This document shows, piece after piece, positions 47,977 through 57,625 of a stretch of 64,000 nucleotides of DNA. The first letter of the stretch is position 1; each line of letters begins with the position of its first letter. The position numbers were made by a program, and so were the translations under genes. This DNA comes from Nitrospirota bacterium. GTDB lineage: Bacteria > Nitrospirota > Thermodesulfovibrionia > Thermodesulfovibrionales > Dissulfurispiraceae. The notes beneath the pieces are model-generated. The model was not told the origin of the DNA. It ran no database searches and was given only the letters and a program-made list of their open reading frames with translations. Where the stretch lies: positions 101,191 through 165,190 of the forward strand of contig SCQE01000041.1 of the NCBI GenBank assembly GCA_004321915.1. Reading direction: 5' to 3'.

Positions 47977-49082
47977 AGGCCGCCTTTCCCCTCCGGCAAA
48001 GTAATTACAAACTCGGACCCGCCGCCCAACTCGCTTACTACCCTAACAGTACCTTTGTGGGCCTTGATAATACTTGCGGTTATCGACATGCCGAGCCCGG
48101 TGCCCCTGTCTTTTGTAGAGTAAAACGGCTCGAATATCTTGGCCTTTGTCTCTTCATCCATCCCTACGCCTGTATCTCGCACAGAAAGCTCCACCTCACG
48201 CCCTGACTCTCTTCTGGCTATCTTTACAGAAATCTTTCCTCCGTCAGGCATAGATTGTACGGCATTGAGCATGATATTCATCAGGGCCTGTCTCATAAGT
48301 CCCCTGTCAACATTAACAATCAAAGGAGCATCAAATCCTAAGTCAAAAACAATCCTGTCATGAGAAAAAAGTTCACTGAATTCACGGCCAATCTCGGCAA
48401 CTATATCATTAAGATTTACCGGCTCCAATCTAGGCTTCAGATCTTTAGAGAACCTGAGCATATTGTCCAGCGCATTGACCAGCATACGAACAGAATTCGA
48501 TATGCGGTTAGCATAGTCACCATGGTCTGTACCTCTTAGATCTGATGACAGCAGACTTGCAAAAAGCTCGATACTACCAAGAGGATTTCGTATCTCGTGG
48601 GCGATTCTAAGAACAAGCTCACCCATGGATGTAAGCCTTCTGTTCCGTTCATTTTCCTCTTCAAGCTGCTTAAGCCGGCTTATGTCTTTGAATATCAGAA
48701 CCTGACCTATTGTGCATCCGCTTCCATCCCTTACATCCGACCTTGAGACTATCGCAAAAAAAGGCTTGCCGTTTTCGGGTGTTATCACCTCGTCTTCTAT
48801 AACTGCCTTTATTGAACTGCCTCCAACAACACCTTCGGCAGTAACATTCAAAAGTTTTTCGGCAACATGATTTATAAGCCTTATGATCCCGTCGCCGTCA
48901 AAAAAAACAACTCCTACATCAATGCTCTGCAAAATACTGTCGAGCAGCTGCTTCTTGTGGTCAACCTCGGCAGTAAGTAAAGTAACCTTCTCTTCAAGTA
49001 TCCGATGAGACTGTATTGCTCTTTCGGAGGCAGCAATTATAGTCTTTTTCAAAAGCTCTATGTCGGTTGTATTTATGTTCAT
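47973..49082 (-). CDS. cytoplasmic PAS histidine kinase (FlrB/FleS type)
   Basis: PAS-like segment, H-box HEIRNPLGSIE and HATPase motifs (DTGVGMD, GTGLGMS). The ATG at 49082 forms an ATGA overlap with the TPR gene stop, and the kinase stop overlaps the regulator start. Confidence 0.85.
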   Translation of the reverse strand: MNINTTDIELLKKTIIAASERAIQSHRILEEKVTLLTAEVDHKKQLLDSILQSIDVGVVFFDGDGIIRLINHVAEKLLNVTAEGVVGGSSIKAVIEDEVITPENGKPFFAIVSRSDVRDGSGCTIGQVLIFKDISRLKQLEEENERNRRLTSMGELVLRIAHEIRNPLGSIELFASLLSSDLRGTDHGDYANRISNSVRMLVNALDNMLRFSKDLKPRLEPVNLNDIVAEIGREFSELFSHDRIVFDLGFDAPLIVNVDRGLMRQALMNIMLNAVQSMPDGGKISVKIARRESGREVELSVRDTGVGMDEETKAKIFEPFYSTKDRGTGLGMSITASIIKAHKGTVRVVSELGGGSEFVITLPEGKGGL

Positions 49083-50842
49083 TCCTTCAGAAGCATGGAG
49101 GCGGCCTCGCCTATCTCGCCTCCCCCTTTTGCCGCTCGCCTCAGATAATCGCTGTTGTTTGTAAGCTTTCCGTACTGATACTCCGCCCACTGCTTTGTGC
49201 TTGCGTCCTTGAGCCCTCCCTTTAAGGCTTTTTCATAAAAAGTTACCGCCTTTTTTTCCTTGCCTATCAAATAAAGGCAATCGCCAGCCTTTACGGACGC
49301 AACACCGTCCCCCCTTTTCGAGGCGAATAGATAATGCTTGAGCGCGCTCATCGGGTCGTCTTTTTTCCAGTACAGATCGCCGAGCATTATGGCTGTTTTG
49401 CTGTCTTTGGTCTCCCTAAACGATCTGGTCAGATATTCGACGGCGCGGGTAATTTCGCCCTTTTTAACGAATATGGATGCGAGCAACAACGATGCCTGCG
49501 CACTGTAATCCCTGTTTTCTACAAGCTGCTCAAGCATCTTCGCAGCCTCTTTGTCCCTGTCCTCGCCTATGTAAATTTCAGCCTGCATAAGCATCGCCGT
49601 TTCTTTCGCGCTGCCTTTTTTGGCAAGATTCAAAAGACTGCCGCCTTCCTTCTTCTTGCCGTTGTCTATCAGGTATTTAGCCGCTTCTATAAAAAAGGGA
49701 CTGCCGGGCGACAGGTACGACGCATATTTCTGCAGATACTCAACAGTCCTATTGTCCTTAGAACCCATGGCCCCCTTTAAAATACGCTCAACCTCGGAAT
49801 ATCTTTTTGCCTTGGTCTTTAAATAGATCAGCCCTTTTACGGCATTGTCTATGTTCCCGGTCCTCTCGAAAAAAGATATCAAACGCATTTTAAAATCATC
49901 CGGCGCATCAACCGACATGAGTTCACGGGCGAGATTCGAGGCCTCTTCGTTCTTGCCCTCCTTCTCGTAAATAAAAAAAAGGATCTTCTTGGCCTCGACA
50001 CTCTCGCTGAAAAAAATAGGCTTTGCAATAATAGCCTCGAGCCTTTTCGCGGCCTCCCTGTCCTTGTCTGCTTTAAACAGCACCTCAGCCTGTTTTACCC
50101 TTAGATTTTCCTCCTTGAGCGTATCATCTAAGACCTTTGCAAAGGTTTTAACGGCATCAGCGTGCAAGCCCTTCCGGCTTAAGATCATGGCCCTTATATA
50201 CAAGGCCCTAGGATCACGATCGTAAAGATTTTTTCCAATCCCGGCAAGAAGAGTTTCCGCTCGTAACACATTATCATCGAGAATCGCCAGTTCAGCCTCT
50301 CCTAACAGCGCCTTTGGACCTAATTCACCCTGAATGCGCTTGAAATATTCGGCAGCCTCTTTGTACTCTCTCAGATCGATAGACATATAACCGAGCAAGA
50401 GATACGCATCGTCAATGTATCGGGTCCGGGGAAAGTTCGAGAAAAGCGTTTTAATCCCCGTCTTAGTTTCAAAATAATGCCTAAGGCGATATTCGCTTCT
50501 GATAACGCCCCAGAGCGTTTTTTCCAAAAACACCGGGTCTTTTCCTTTTAGATATAACTCCTTGAATATCTGGCGCGATTTGACATAGTCCCTTCTCTTA
50601 AATGCCGTTTCAGCGGTTTCGAATTTAGCTTCGGGAGAGATTTCTTTTACCGCCTTGTCATCCTTTTCAGCCTTAGGTTTTGCCTCTGCAGTTTTTTTGC
50701 TCTCGGCAGCGCCGAATGCAGGCGAAGAAAACAAACAGAATGCCGCTGTAAAAAATACGATCGCTATTTTTGCCGTATGCATAGTTTCTCCTGACCGTTT
50801 ACGCATAAATATCCTGAATATAGAATGAAAGAAATGTGCCAA
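49079..50842 (-). CDS. exported TPR-repeat protein
   Basis: Signal peptide MHTAKIAIVFFTAAFCLFSSPAFG (the start is probably the ATG at 50782), followed by many TPR-like helical repeats. Confidence 0.7.
   Translation of the reverse strand: MAHFFHSIFRIFMRKRSGETMHTAKIAIVFFTAAFCLFSSPAFGAAESKKTAEAKPKAEKDDKAVKEISPEAKFETAETAFKRRDYVKSRQIFKELYLKGKDPVFLEKTLWGVIRSEYRLRHYFETKTGIKTLFSNFPRTRYIDDAYLLLGYMSIDLREYKEAAEYFKRIQGELGPKALLGEAELAILDDNVLRAETLLAGIGKNLYDRDPRALYIRAMILSRKGLHADAVKTFAKVLDDTLKEENLRVKQAEVLFKADKDREAAKRLEAIIAKPIFFSESVEAKKILFFIYEKEGKNEEASNLARELMSVDAPDDFKMRLISFFERTGNIDNAVKGLIYLKTKAKRYSEVERILKGAMGSKDNRTVEYLQKYASYLSPGSPFFIEAAKYLIDNGKKKEGGSLLNLAKKGSAKETAMLMQAEIYIGEDRDKEAAKMLEQLVENRDYSAQASLLLASIFVKKGEITRAVEYLTRSFRETKDSKTAIMLGDLYWKKDDPMSALKHYLFASKRGDGVASVKAGDCLYLIGKEKKAVTFYEKALKGGLKDASTKQWAEYQYGKLTNNSDYLRRAAKGGGEIGEAASMLLKE
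50826..50841 (-). promoter_or_regulatory. weak sigma-54-like promoter upstream of the TPR/kinase/regulator operon
   Basis: The minus strand reads TGGCACATTTCTTTCA. The -24 element is perfect but the -12 element is TC rather than GC. Confidence 0.3.
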
Positions 50843-50909
50843 CTTGAAACCTGTTGTTTTATATGAGGTTAATTTATAAGGAAGTCAAATAAATGACGAG
50901 TCGTTGCAG

Positions 50910-51935
50910 CTACATGCCGAGCCGCTTCATCTTCTCTATAAGGGTCGTTCTGTTTATGTTCAAATATTTTGCGGCTTGGGCCTTTATGCCCTTATGCAGC
51001 TCAAGGGCGTGATTTATAAGCCGGCGCTCATATTCGTCTATGGCGCTGTTCAGATCGATGCCGCCCACAAAGGGGTTGAACCCTTCATCGTCGCCTAAGA
51101 TATCGGGCAGATCCGGCATGTTACGTCCGGTTATCTTATCGGGCAGATCGCTAAGCCCTACAATATTGTTTTCATTCAAGACCAGCAACCTCTCGACAAC
51201 GTTTTCTATCTCCCTCACATTGCCCGGCCAAGCGTAATTTATAAACGCATTCATCGCGTCATCCCTCAGTCTCACATCGACCCTGTCGAACTTCTCCGCA
51301 TGCTTATCCAGAAGGAACCTGCAGAGTTCTGGAATGTCCTCTTTTCTCTCCCTTACCGGAGGGATTTCTATAGGGATGACATCGAGCCTGTAGTAGAGGT
51401 CTTCCCTGAATTTCCCCTGTTTTATTGAATCCTCGAGATTTTTATTGGTCGCAGATATGACCCTGACATTCACCGGAATCGTATCGTTGCCTCCGAGTCT
51501 TTCAATCGCCCTCTCCTGCAAAACCCGCAAAAGCTTTGATTGAAGAGTAAGGGGCATGTCTCCTATCTCGTCAAGAAAGATCGTGCCTCCGTCGGCATGC
51601 TCGAACCTCCCTGTCCGTCTGGCAACAGCGCCTGTAAAGGCCCCCCTCTCATGACCGAACAACTCAGCTTCGAGCAATTCATGGGGAAAGGCCGCGCAGT
51701 TGACGGCAACGTAACGTTTCTTGGCGCGGGGGCTCTTGATATGTATCGTCTTGGCCACAAGCTCTTTGCCTGTGCCGCTTTCGCCGGTTATTAATACGGT
51801 GCTGTCCGCTTTTGCCACCTGTGCTATAGTCTCATGTATATGCCTGATTGCGCTTGATATGCCTATTATTTGGGGTAGTATCGGGACTGCAGCGGTCATG
51901 TCATAAATATGACATACGGGGCGACGAAAGGTCAA
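50910..51935 (-). CDS. sigma-54-dependent activator lacking any N-terminal regulatory domain (AAA+ plus Fis-type HTH only)
   Basis: GESGTGKE, ELFGHERGAFTGA and the C-terminal HTH AAKYLNINRTTLIEKMKRLGM. Only about 20-30 residues precede the AAA+ core. The start may be the ATG at 51899. Confidence 0.85.
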   Translation of the reverse strand: MTFRRPVCHIYDMTAAVPILPQIIGISSAIRHIHETIAQVAKADSTVLITGESGTGKELVAKTIHIKSPRAKKRYVAVNCAAFPHELLEAELFGHERGAFTGAVARRTGRFEHADGGTIFLDEIGDMPLTLQSKLLRVLQERAIERLGGNDTIPVNVRVISATNKNLEDSIKQGKFREDLYYRLDVIPIEIPPVRERKEDIPELCRFLLDKHAEKFDRVDVRLRDDAMNAFINYAWPGNVREIENVVERLLVLNENNIVGLSDLPDKITGRNMPDLPDILGDDEGFNPFVGGIDLNSAIDEYERRLINHALELHKGIKAQAAKYLNINRTTLIEKMKRLGM

Positions 51936-51949
51936 TTTCGACGCCCCGT
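51916..51949 (-). terminator. stem-loop downstream of the dsbC-like gene
   Basis: 14-bp stem with one mismatch (ACGGGGCGACGAAA / TTTCGACGCCCCGT), 17 nt after the stop at 51966. It overlaps the longest-ORF start of the next gene. Confidence 0.45.
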
Positions 51950-51965
51950 AGAAAAATTGCGGTTT

Positions 51966-52700
51966 TTACTTCAGAAGATAACTCTCGAATTTCTTGGTGT
52001 CCGCACCGGACAGGAAGTTGCCGTTTATGAAAAAGGTGGGTGTGCCATTGATGCCTGCCTGAGAGGTTATATTAATATGGTCCTCAAGAAGCTTAAACGC
52101 CTCTTTATCCTTGCATTCCTCAGGATCTTTACTATCGAACTTGCCGGACATGACCTCTTCGAGGGCCTTGGCCTTGTCTTGGGAACATAGAACATACCTT
52201 GATTTGGCCTCGGCCTTCGGATGTATGTTTGTAAGAGGAAACATAAACACATACCTCGTAAGATCATTCCTTGTTTTTAAATAATCCGACATCTTTCTGC
52301 AATACGGGCAGTCCGGATCTGTAAACTCCACAACTATATTTTTGCCGCTGCCTATTTTAATAGCCTTGTTGAGTGGCAGTTCCTTGAATTTAGCGCTCTT
52401 TATCTGCCCCATTCTCTCTTCCGTAAGATTAACGCTTCCCTCAGACTCTTTAGTAATGATAGGACCGCCGACTATATAACCCTTCTTGGGATAATAGTAA
52501 AAAATTCCCCTTGCTGTAACAACCTCATAGAGTCCGTTTACGTCGCTTTCTTTTACACTCTCAAACTTAATTTTCGGAAAATCCTTTTTCAGGCTCTCCT
52601 CCACCTTGCCGCCCTCGCACGCAGTTGAAATGAAAAGCAGCGCCGTTATCATGACCGCAAAAATACCTTTTGACATTTTACCCTCCTGAAATATTTTCAA
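51966..52700 (-). CDS. DsbC/DsbG-like periplasmic thiol:disulfide interchange protein
   Basis: Signal peptide and the thioredoxin-fold motif FTDPDCPYCRKM. Confidence 0.75.
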   Translation of the reverse strand: MKIFQEGKMSKGIFAVMITALLFISTACEGGKVEESLKKDFPKIKFESVKESDVNGLYEVVTARGIFYYYPKKGYIVGGPIITKESEGSVNLTEERMGQIKSAKFKELPLNKAIKIGSGKNIVVEFTDPDCPYCRKMSDYLKTRNDLTRYVFMFPLTNIHPKAEAKSRYVLCSQDKAKALEEVMSGKFDSKDPEECKDKEAFKLLEDHINITSQAGINGTPTFFINGNFLSGADTKKFESYLLK

Positions 52701-52801
52701 ATGGCGTTTCGTATACGCAATGCAGAATTATTAAGGATATCACAGCGGGCCCAAAATAATCATTAATAGACTGCTCAAACAGGATTCTGATATTATTAAC
52801 C

Positions 52802-53656
52802 ATGATAAGAAACGAAAAATTGGAAGATATCATCCTCAAAACCGTTGATGTGCCTAGCATACCGGCCATCGCAGCTAAAGTCCTGAAAATAACCAATGAC
52901 GACCGCGCATCGATCGCAGAACTCGAAAAAATAATAAGCAAGGACGAGGCCTTTGCGGCAAGGGTGCTTAAAGTGGCGAATTCGCCCTACTTCGGCAGAA
53001 GCAGGGACATATGTTCCATCTCTACGGCCATGATGGTCATAGGCTTTAATAATATGCATTCGCTGGTGGTCGCTTCTGCGCTGAAAGACCTCTATAAGAA
53101 AAACACGGTCTATGAAAAGAGCCTTTGGGAACACAGCCTCTGCGTGTCTATCGCCGCCGCCATTTTGGCCTGCGAAACGCGCCTCGTGCCTACCGAAGAG
53201 GCCCATATAGCAGCGCTGGTGCATGATCTGGGGGCCAGCGTTCTCCTGAACTGTATGCCTAACGATTACAAGGCCATAACCGACAAAGCATACAGGGACG
53301 GCATTTCCCTGATAAAGGCGGAAGAGGAATTTCTTAGATTCAACCACTGCGACACAGGCAACCTCATAGCGAGAAAATGGAGGCTGCCTATGAGCATGGA
53401 ACTGGTCATGTCATACCATCACAAAGAAACTATCGACGCCATTCCGAAAAGCACCGAAGAACTGGACTTGAATATCTGCAGGGTGGTGAAAGCGGCCGAC
53501 GAACTCTGTCTGAATATCGGCATCGGGTTGAAAAATCCCGATACCTCGGCGCGTCTCGATTTGGGCGATATAGGCATTCCCGAAAGCAGAATTCCTGAAA
53601 TCAAAAAAGAGATAGAAAAAAATTACTTGGAACACACCTCGGACATAATCCTTTAG
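52802..53656 (+). CDS. HDOD domain protein
   Basis: VPSIPAIAAKVLKITNDDRASIAELEKIISKDEAFAARVLKVANSPYFG and HDLG. It is a paralogue of the 13419-14261 gene. Confidence 0.8.
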   Translation: MIRNEKLEDIILKTVDVPSIPAIAAKVLKITNDDRASIAELEKIISKDEAFAARVLKVANSPYFGRSRDICSISTAMMVIGFNNMHSLVVASALKDLYKKNTVYEKSLWEHSLCVSIAAAILACETRLVPTEEAHIAALVHDLGASVLLNCMPNDYKAITDKAYRDGISLIKAEEEFLRFNHCDTGNLIARKWRLPMSMELVMSYHHKETIDAIPKSTEELDLNICRVVKAADELCLNIGIGLKNPDTSARLDLGDIGIPESRIPEIKKEIEKNYLEHTSDIIL

Positions 53657-54135
53657 TCGCGGGGCCCGCATACCACCCGATGCAATTTATAACCGACGCT
53701 GCCGGGGGTGATAAACTTCCAGTCGGACGAAAAGGTATCGAAGGGCGAAATCAGCGTTAACCTCTTATCGAAGTAATTGTATGAAACCTCCCGCATCATG
53801 CGATTGGAGCATTTTATATCTATCAGAAATGTAGCAAAGCTTATATTTTCGACTTCCCGCGCAGGGAGCACACCGATTTTCGTCTTTTCCGCAAGCCAGT
53901 TCCTGCCCTTTTCGCCTTTGAGCGTGCTCCTGCATCTGACCCTTACCGTATTGTTGTCCAACCACTCGATGCTTTTTTTGTTGTACAAAAAATAAAGGTA
54001 TTCACTTTCATCGTAGCGTCTCCAATCATTCGCCTCGACGTCCGGAACAGCCGCCGTAAAAAAAAGCGCCCCGACCAGCGCCAAACTGAAAACAGCGGTC
54101 TTACGGAGAAAAAGCCGATAGCTTTTCATATTCAA
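53653..54135 (-). CDS. hypothetical exported protein
   Basis: Signal peptide MKSYRLFLRKTAVFSLALVGALFFTAAVP. No family can be assigned with confidence. Confidence 0.5.
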   Translation of the reverse strand: MNMKSYRLFLRKTAVFSLALVGALFFTAAVPDVEANDWRRYDESEYLYFLYNKKSIEWLDNNTVRVRCRSTLKGEKGRNWLAEKTKIGVLPAREVENISFATFLIDIKCSNRMMREVSYNYFDKRLTLISPFDTFSSDWKFITPGSVGYKLHRVVCGPRD

Positions 54136-54167
54136 AACTTATACCACATGCCGGGCCAAGAAGCAAC

Positions 54168-55442
54168 TCAAAGCAGCTTTGCGGCCCGCTCTGCAAGCGT
54201 CGAGCGCGCGGTCTTGGTAAGGTTCAGATAGCAGAAAGCCTCCTCGTTGATGAACCTGCTTATCAGATAAGCGAGCCCGTTGGAATGCGAATCGAGGAAC
54301 GGGTGGTCCACCTGTTCGAGGTCCCCCGTAAATACGATCTTGGTGCCGGAACCGCACCTTGTAACGATAGTTTTTATGTCTATCGGACGCAGCTGCTGCG
54401 CCTCGTCCACGATAAAATAACGCGAGGGCAGCGACCTCCCCCGTATATAGGTCAAAGGCTCGACCTGCAAAATGCCGGCATCGATCAGATATTGATAATT
54501 CTTGTATTTCGAAGATATGGCGGCATTGTCCTTCATCAGCCCGCGCGGGGTATTCACTATGACCTCGAGGTTGTCGAATATAGGCTGCATCCACGGAGAA
54601 AGCTTTTCCTTTATGTCTCCCGGAAGAAAACCTATGTCGACGCCCCCGAGAGGAATGGTCGGCCTAGCTACAAGCACCTGTTCGTAAAGAGGCGATTTCT
54701 TGGTGGTCTGGTGTATGCCTGCCGCAAGGGCGAGCAGCGTCTTGCCCGTGCCTGCTGTGCCTGTAAGGGCGACTATCTCCACATCCGGATTGGTGAGCGC
54801 GTCTATGGCGCATTCCTGTTCGATGTTTTTGGGGGCGATGTTGTCGAGGGTCTTGCCCGGCTTGACCTTGGTCTGTTTGTCTTCGCCCTGAAGCCTGAAA
54901 ATATCGTTGCCGCTCTTCATATACCTTACGGAATGTATGCCGTTCGGATAATCGGTATTTTCAAGCACCCTGCCGTACTCTTTAAATATGGACGTCTTGT
55001 CGTTTTTGTAGTCCTGCGACGGTATTCCGAGAGACTCGGCCTTTATCCTGACGGCAGTGTCCTTTGAGACCATGACCACAGGCGCATTGCGGTTGCCCTT
55101 TAAGAGATTCAACGCCACGGAAACTATCCTGTTGTCCGGCGATTGTTTCTGCAGCACTGACAATTTTTCATCCATCTCTATCCTCAGCTTTCCTCCCCTG
55201 CCGTTGGGCACCGGAACGCCTTTCGCTATATTGATATGCTCGCCGTTCTCCCCTTCCCTCAATGAATCTATCAGCTTAAGCGCATGCCTCGCCGAATAAG
55301 GGATCTCTCCATGCCCCTTCTTCATTTCGTCCAGTTCCTCGATAACGCTTATCGGGACGACTATGTCGTTATCCTCGAACCTTAGAATGGACTCTGGATC
55401 GTGAATCAGGACATTAGTATCGAGAACAAAAATTTTCTTCAT
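54168..55442 (-). CDS. PhoH2-type protein (N-terminal PIN domain fused to a PhoH ATPase)
   Basis: PIN start IFVLDTNVLIHDP and the P-loop LTGTAGTGKTLLALA, followed by a PhoH-like C-terminus. Confidence 0.85.
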   Translation of the reverse strand: MKKIFVLDTNVLIHDPESILRFEDNDIVVPISVIEELDEMKKGHGEIPYSARHALKLIDSLREGENGEHINIAKGVPVPNGRGGKLRIEMDEKLSVLQKQSPDNRIVSVALNLLKGNRNAPVVMVSKDTAVRIKAESLGIPSQDYKNDKTSIFKEYGRVLENTDYPNGIHSVRYMKSGNDIFRLQGEDKQTKVKPGKTLDNIAPKNIEQECAIDALTNPDVEIVALTGTAGTGKTLLALAAGIHQTTKKSPLYEQVLVARPTIPLGGVDIGFLPGDIKEKLSPWMQPIFDNLEVIVNTPRGLMKDNAAISSKYKNYQYLIDAGILQVEPLTYIRGRSLPSRYFIVDEAQQLRPIDIKTIVTRCGSGTKIVFTGDLEQVDHPFLDSHSNGLAYLISRFINEEAFCYLNLTKTARSTLAERAAKLL

Positions 55443-55514
55443 ACCCCATCACCTCGTCTGATTATTTTATTTCCGGACGTTTAATTATAGCACTAAAGTA
55501 ATATACCCTGACAT

Positions 55515-55543
55515 TTGCAATATAGGCCGATAAGCGTTATAAT
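55515..55543 (+). promoter_or_regulatory. sigma-70-type promoter upstream of the DUF465 gene and ilvD
   Basis: TTGCAA-N17-TATAAT read directly, 55 nt upstream of the ATG at 55598. Confidence 0.45.
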
Positions 55544-55597
55544 TATTCGAAAAATATCTTTTCCGCAGCGGATAAATATAAATATCAGGGGGTAGCA

Positions 55598-55822
55598 ATG
55601 AAGGACGAAGATATCATCGAAATTCTGAAAAAAGAAAACGAGGACTTCAAGAAGGTCTACCTTGAGCACAGAGATCTCGACGGCAAGCTCAACGAGCTGG
55701 ACAAGAAACATTACCTGTCGACAGACGAAGATATGGAAAGAAAAAAGATGCAGAAAGAAAAACTTCACAAAAAAGATAAGATGGCCGAGTTCGTAAGGGA
55801 CTACAAAAAACAACACCCTTAG
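55598..55822 (+). CDS. DUF465 (YdcH-like) small protein
   Basis: 74 aa with the coiled-coil pattern [29 protein letters not shown]. Confidence 0.65.
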   Translation: MKDEDIIEILKKENEDFKKVYLEHRDLDGKLNELDKKHYLSTDEDMERKKMQKEKLHKKDKMAEFVRDYKKQHP

Positions 55823-55877
55823 ACGGCCGCAGCGTTTCCCATCCGATACAACCCATTCACAGCTTAAAGGGAGAATT

Positions 55878-57542
55878 ATGACCATGAGAAGCAATACGAT
55901 AAAATGCGGAATCGAGCGTGTTCCTCATCGCGCGCTGCTTTACGCAACAGGCATTCCTAAAACCGAGATGGACAAACCCTTTATCGGGGTAGCTACCAGT
56001 TTCACCGACATCATACCCGGACATATAGGGATGAAAGACCTCGAGCGCTTTATCGAAAAAGGCGTTCACACAGGCGGAGGCTACCCGTTCTTTTTCGGCG
56101 TGCCCGGAATATGCGACGGCATCGCCATGGGACACAAAGGCATGCACTACTCGCTCGCATCGAGGGAATTGATAGCCGACATGGTGGAAACCATAGCTGA
56201 AGCCCACAGGCTCGATGGGCTTGTATTGCTGACCAACTGCGACAAGATAACCCCCGGAATGTTGATGGCGGCCGCAAGAGTCAACATCCCCAGCATAGTA
56301 GTGACCGCAGGTCCTATGCTCGCGGGACATTACAAAGGAAAAAGGCGCAACCTTACGAGCGACACCTTCGAGGCGGTTGGAAAGTTTAAAAAAGGCCTTA
56401 TAAGTAAAGACGAACTCTCCGACCTCGAAATGTGCGCGTGCCCCGGCGGAGGCTCGTGTCAAGGCATGTACACCGCAAACACTATGGCCTGCATAACCGA
56501 AGCCCTCGGAATGAGCATTCCGGGTTGCGCCACATCTCCCGCTGTCATGGGACAGAAAAGACGCATAGCCTTCGAAAGCGGCAGGCTTATCACAGGCTTG
56601 GTAAAGAAAAATATCACACCGAGAAAGATCATGACTGCTGCGGCCTTTAGAAACGCCATCACCGTCGACCTCGCGCTCGGAGGCTCGACCAATACGGTCC
56701 TTCACATCCCGGCCATCGCCCACGAAGCGGGCGTAAAACTGCCGATAGATACGTTCGACGAGCTGAGCAAACAAACTCCGCACATAGCCAACATGATCCC
56801 GGGCGGCGAGCATTACATGGAAGACCTCGACTATGCAGGAGGCATTCCTGCGGTTTTAAAACGATTGAAAAAACTGCTCGCCAAATCAAAAACAGTTTCG
56901 GGCCGGGACATAATCGATATCGCCGACAAGGCATATATCGCCGATGAGGAAATCATAAGACCGGTAGAAAAGGCGTATCACAAGCAGGGAGGGATCGCAA
57001 TTCTAAAGGGCAATTTAGCGCCGCACAGCGCAGTCGTTAAGCAGACTGCCGTAAGCAAGAACATGATGTGCTTTGAAGGCTCGGCAAAGGTCTTTAATTC
57101 TGAAGAGGATGGAATGAAGGCGATAATAAACGGAAAGATAAAGGCCGGCGATGTGGTTGTTATCAGATACGAAGGCCCTAAAGGCGGGCCGGGCATGCGC
57201 GAAATGCTTTCTCCTACGGCAGCCATAGCAGGCATGGGCCTAAGCGAATCCGTAGCATTGATCACCGACGGCAGGTTCTCCGGAGGGACGCGAGGACCAT
57301 GCATCGGCCACATATCGCCCGAAGCTATGGAAGGCGGGCCGATAGCGATTATTAAAGACGGCGACAGGATTTCTATAGACATAACGAAAAGGAAAATAGA
57401 TGTAAAGCTTTCGGACGAAGAAATAAAAAACAGACTCTCCAAGTGGAAGCAGCCTTTGCCTAAAATAAAACACGGCTACCTTTCGAGGTATGCAAAACTC
57501 GTAACATCCGCAGGCACAGGCGGCGTGATGAAAAGCGACTGA
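55878..57542 (+). CDS. ilvD: dihydroxy-acid dehydratase
   Basis: Full-length IlvD/Edd family sequence ([37 protein letters not shown]). Confidence 0.95.
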   Translation: MTMRSNTIKCGIERVPHRALLYATGIPKTEMDKPFIGVATSFTDIIPGHIGMKDLERFIEKGVHTGGGYPFFFGVPGICDGIAMGHKGMHYSLASRELIADMVETIAEAHRLDGLVLLTNCDKITPGMLMAAARVNIPSIVVTAGPMLAGHYKGKRRNLTSDTFEAVGKFKKGLISKDELSDLEMCACPGGGSCQGMYTANTMACITEALGMSIPGCATSPAVMGQKRRIAFESGRLITGLVKKNITPRKIMTAAAFRNAITVDLALGGSTNTVLHIPAIAHEAGVKLPIDTFDELSKQTPHIANMIPGGEHYMEDLDYAGGIPAVLKRLKKLLAKSKTVSGRDIIDIADKAYIADEEIIRPVEKAYHKQGGIAILKGNLAPHSAVVKQTAVSKNMMCFEGSAKVFNSEEDGMKAIINGKIKAGDVVVIRYEGPKGGPGMREMLSPTAAIAGMGLSESVALITDGRFSGGTRGPCIGHISPEAMEGGPIAIIKDGDRISIDITKRKIDVKLSDEEIKNRLSKWKQPLPKIKHGYLSRYAKLVTSAGTGGVMKSD

Positions 57543-57625
57543 ACAAGCAAGACATCTGACTGCAAAAATAATTCAAGCAACTCTCGATCCCGTAGACGGT
57601 TATGCTCGATCGGACCGTTATGGCC

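Noticed and set aside
55525-55532. Perfect GCCGATAA (sigma-28 -10 consensus) on the plus strand upstream of the DUF465 gene
   Set aside because: There is no TAAA-like -35 element at the required 11-nt box spacing; the nearest TAAAG is about 28 nt away. The octamer falls inside the spacer of a better TTGCAA-N17-TATAAT promoter.
55857-56813. 318-aa minus-strand ORF opposite ilvD
   Set aside because: Shadow of the strongly supported ilvD frame. The same reasoning removes other long antisense ORFs: 10102-10821, 20950-21636, 30790-31446, 41361-42056, 47479-48123, 52796-53347, 54139-54594 and 54285-55067.
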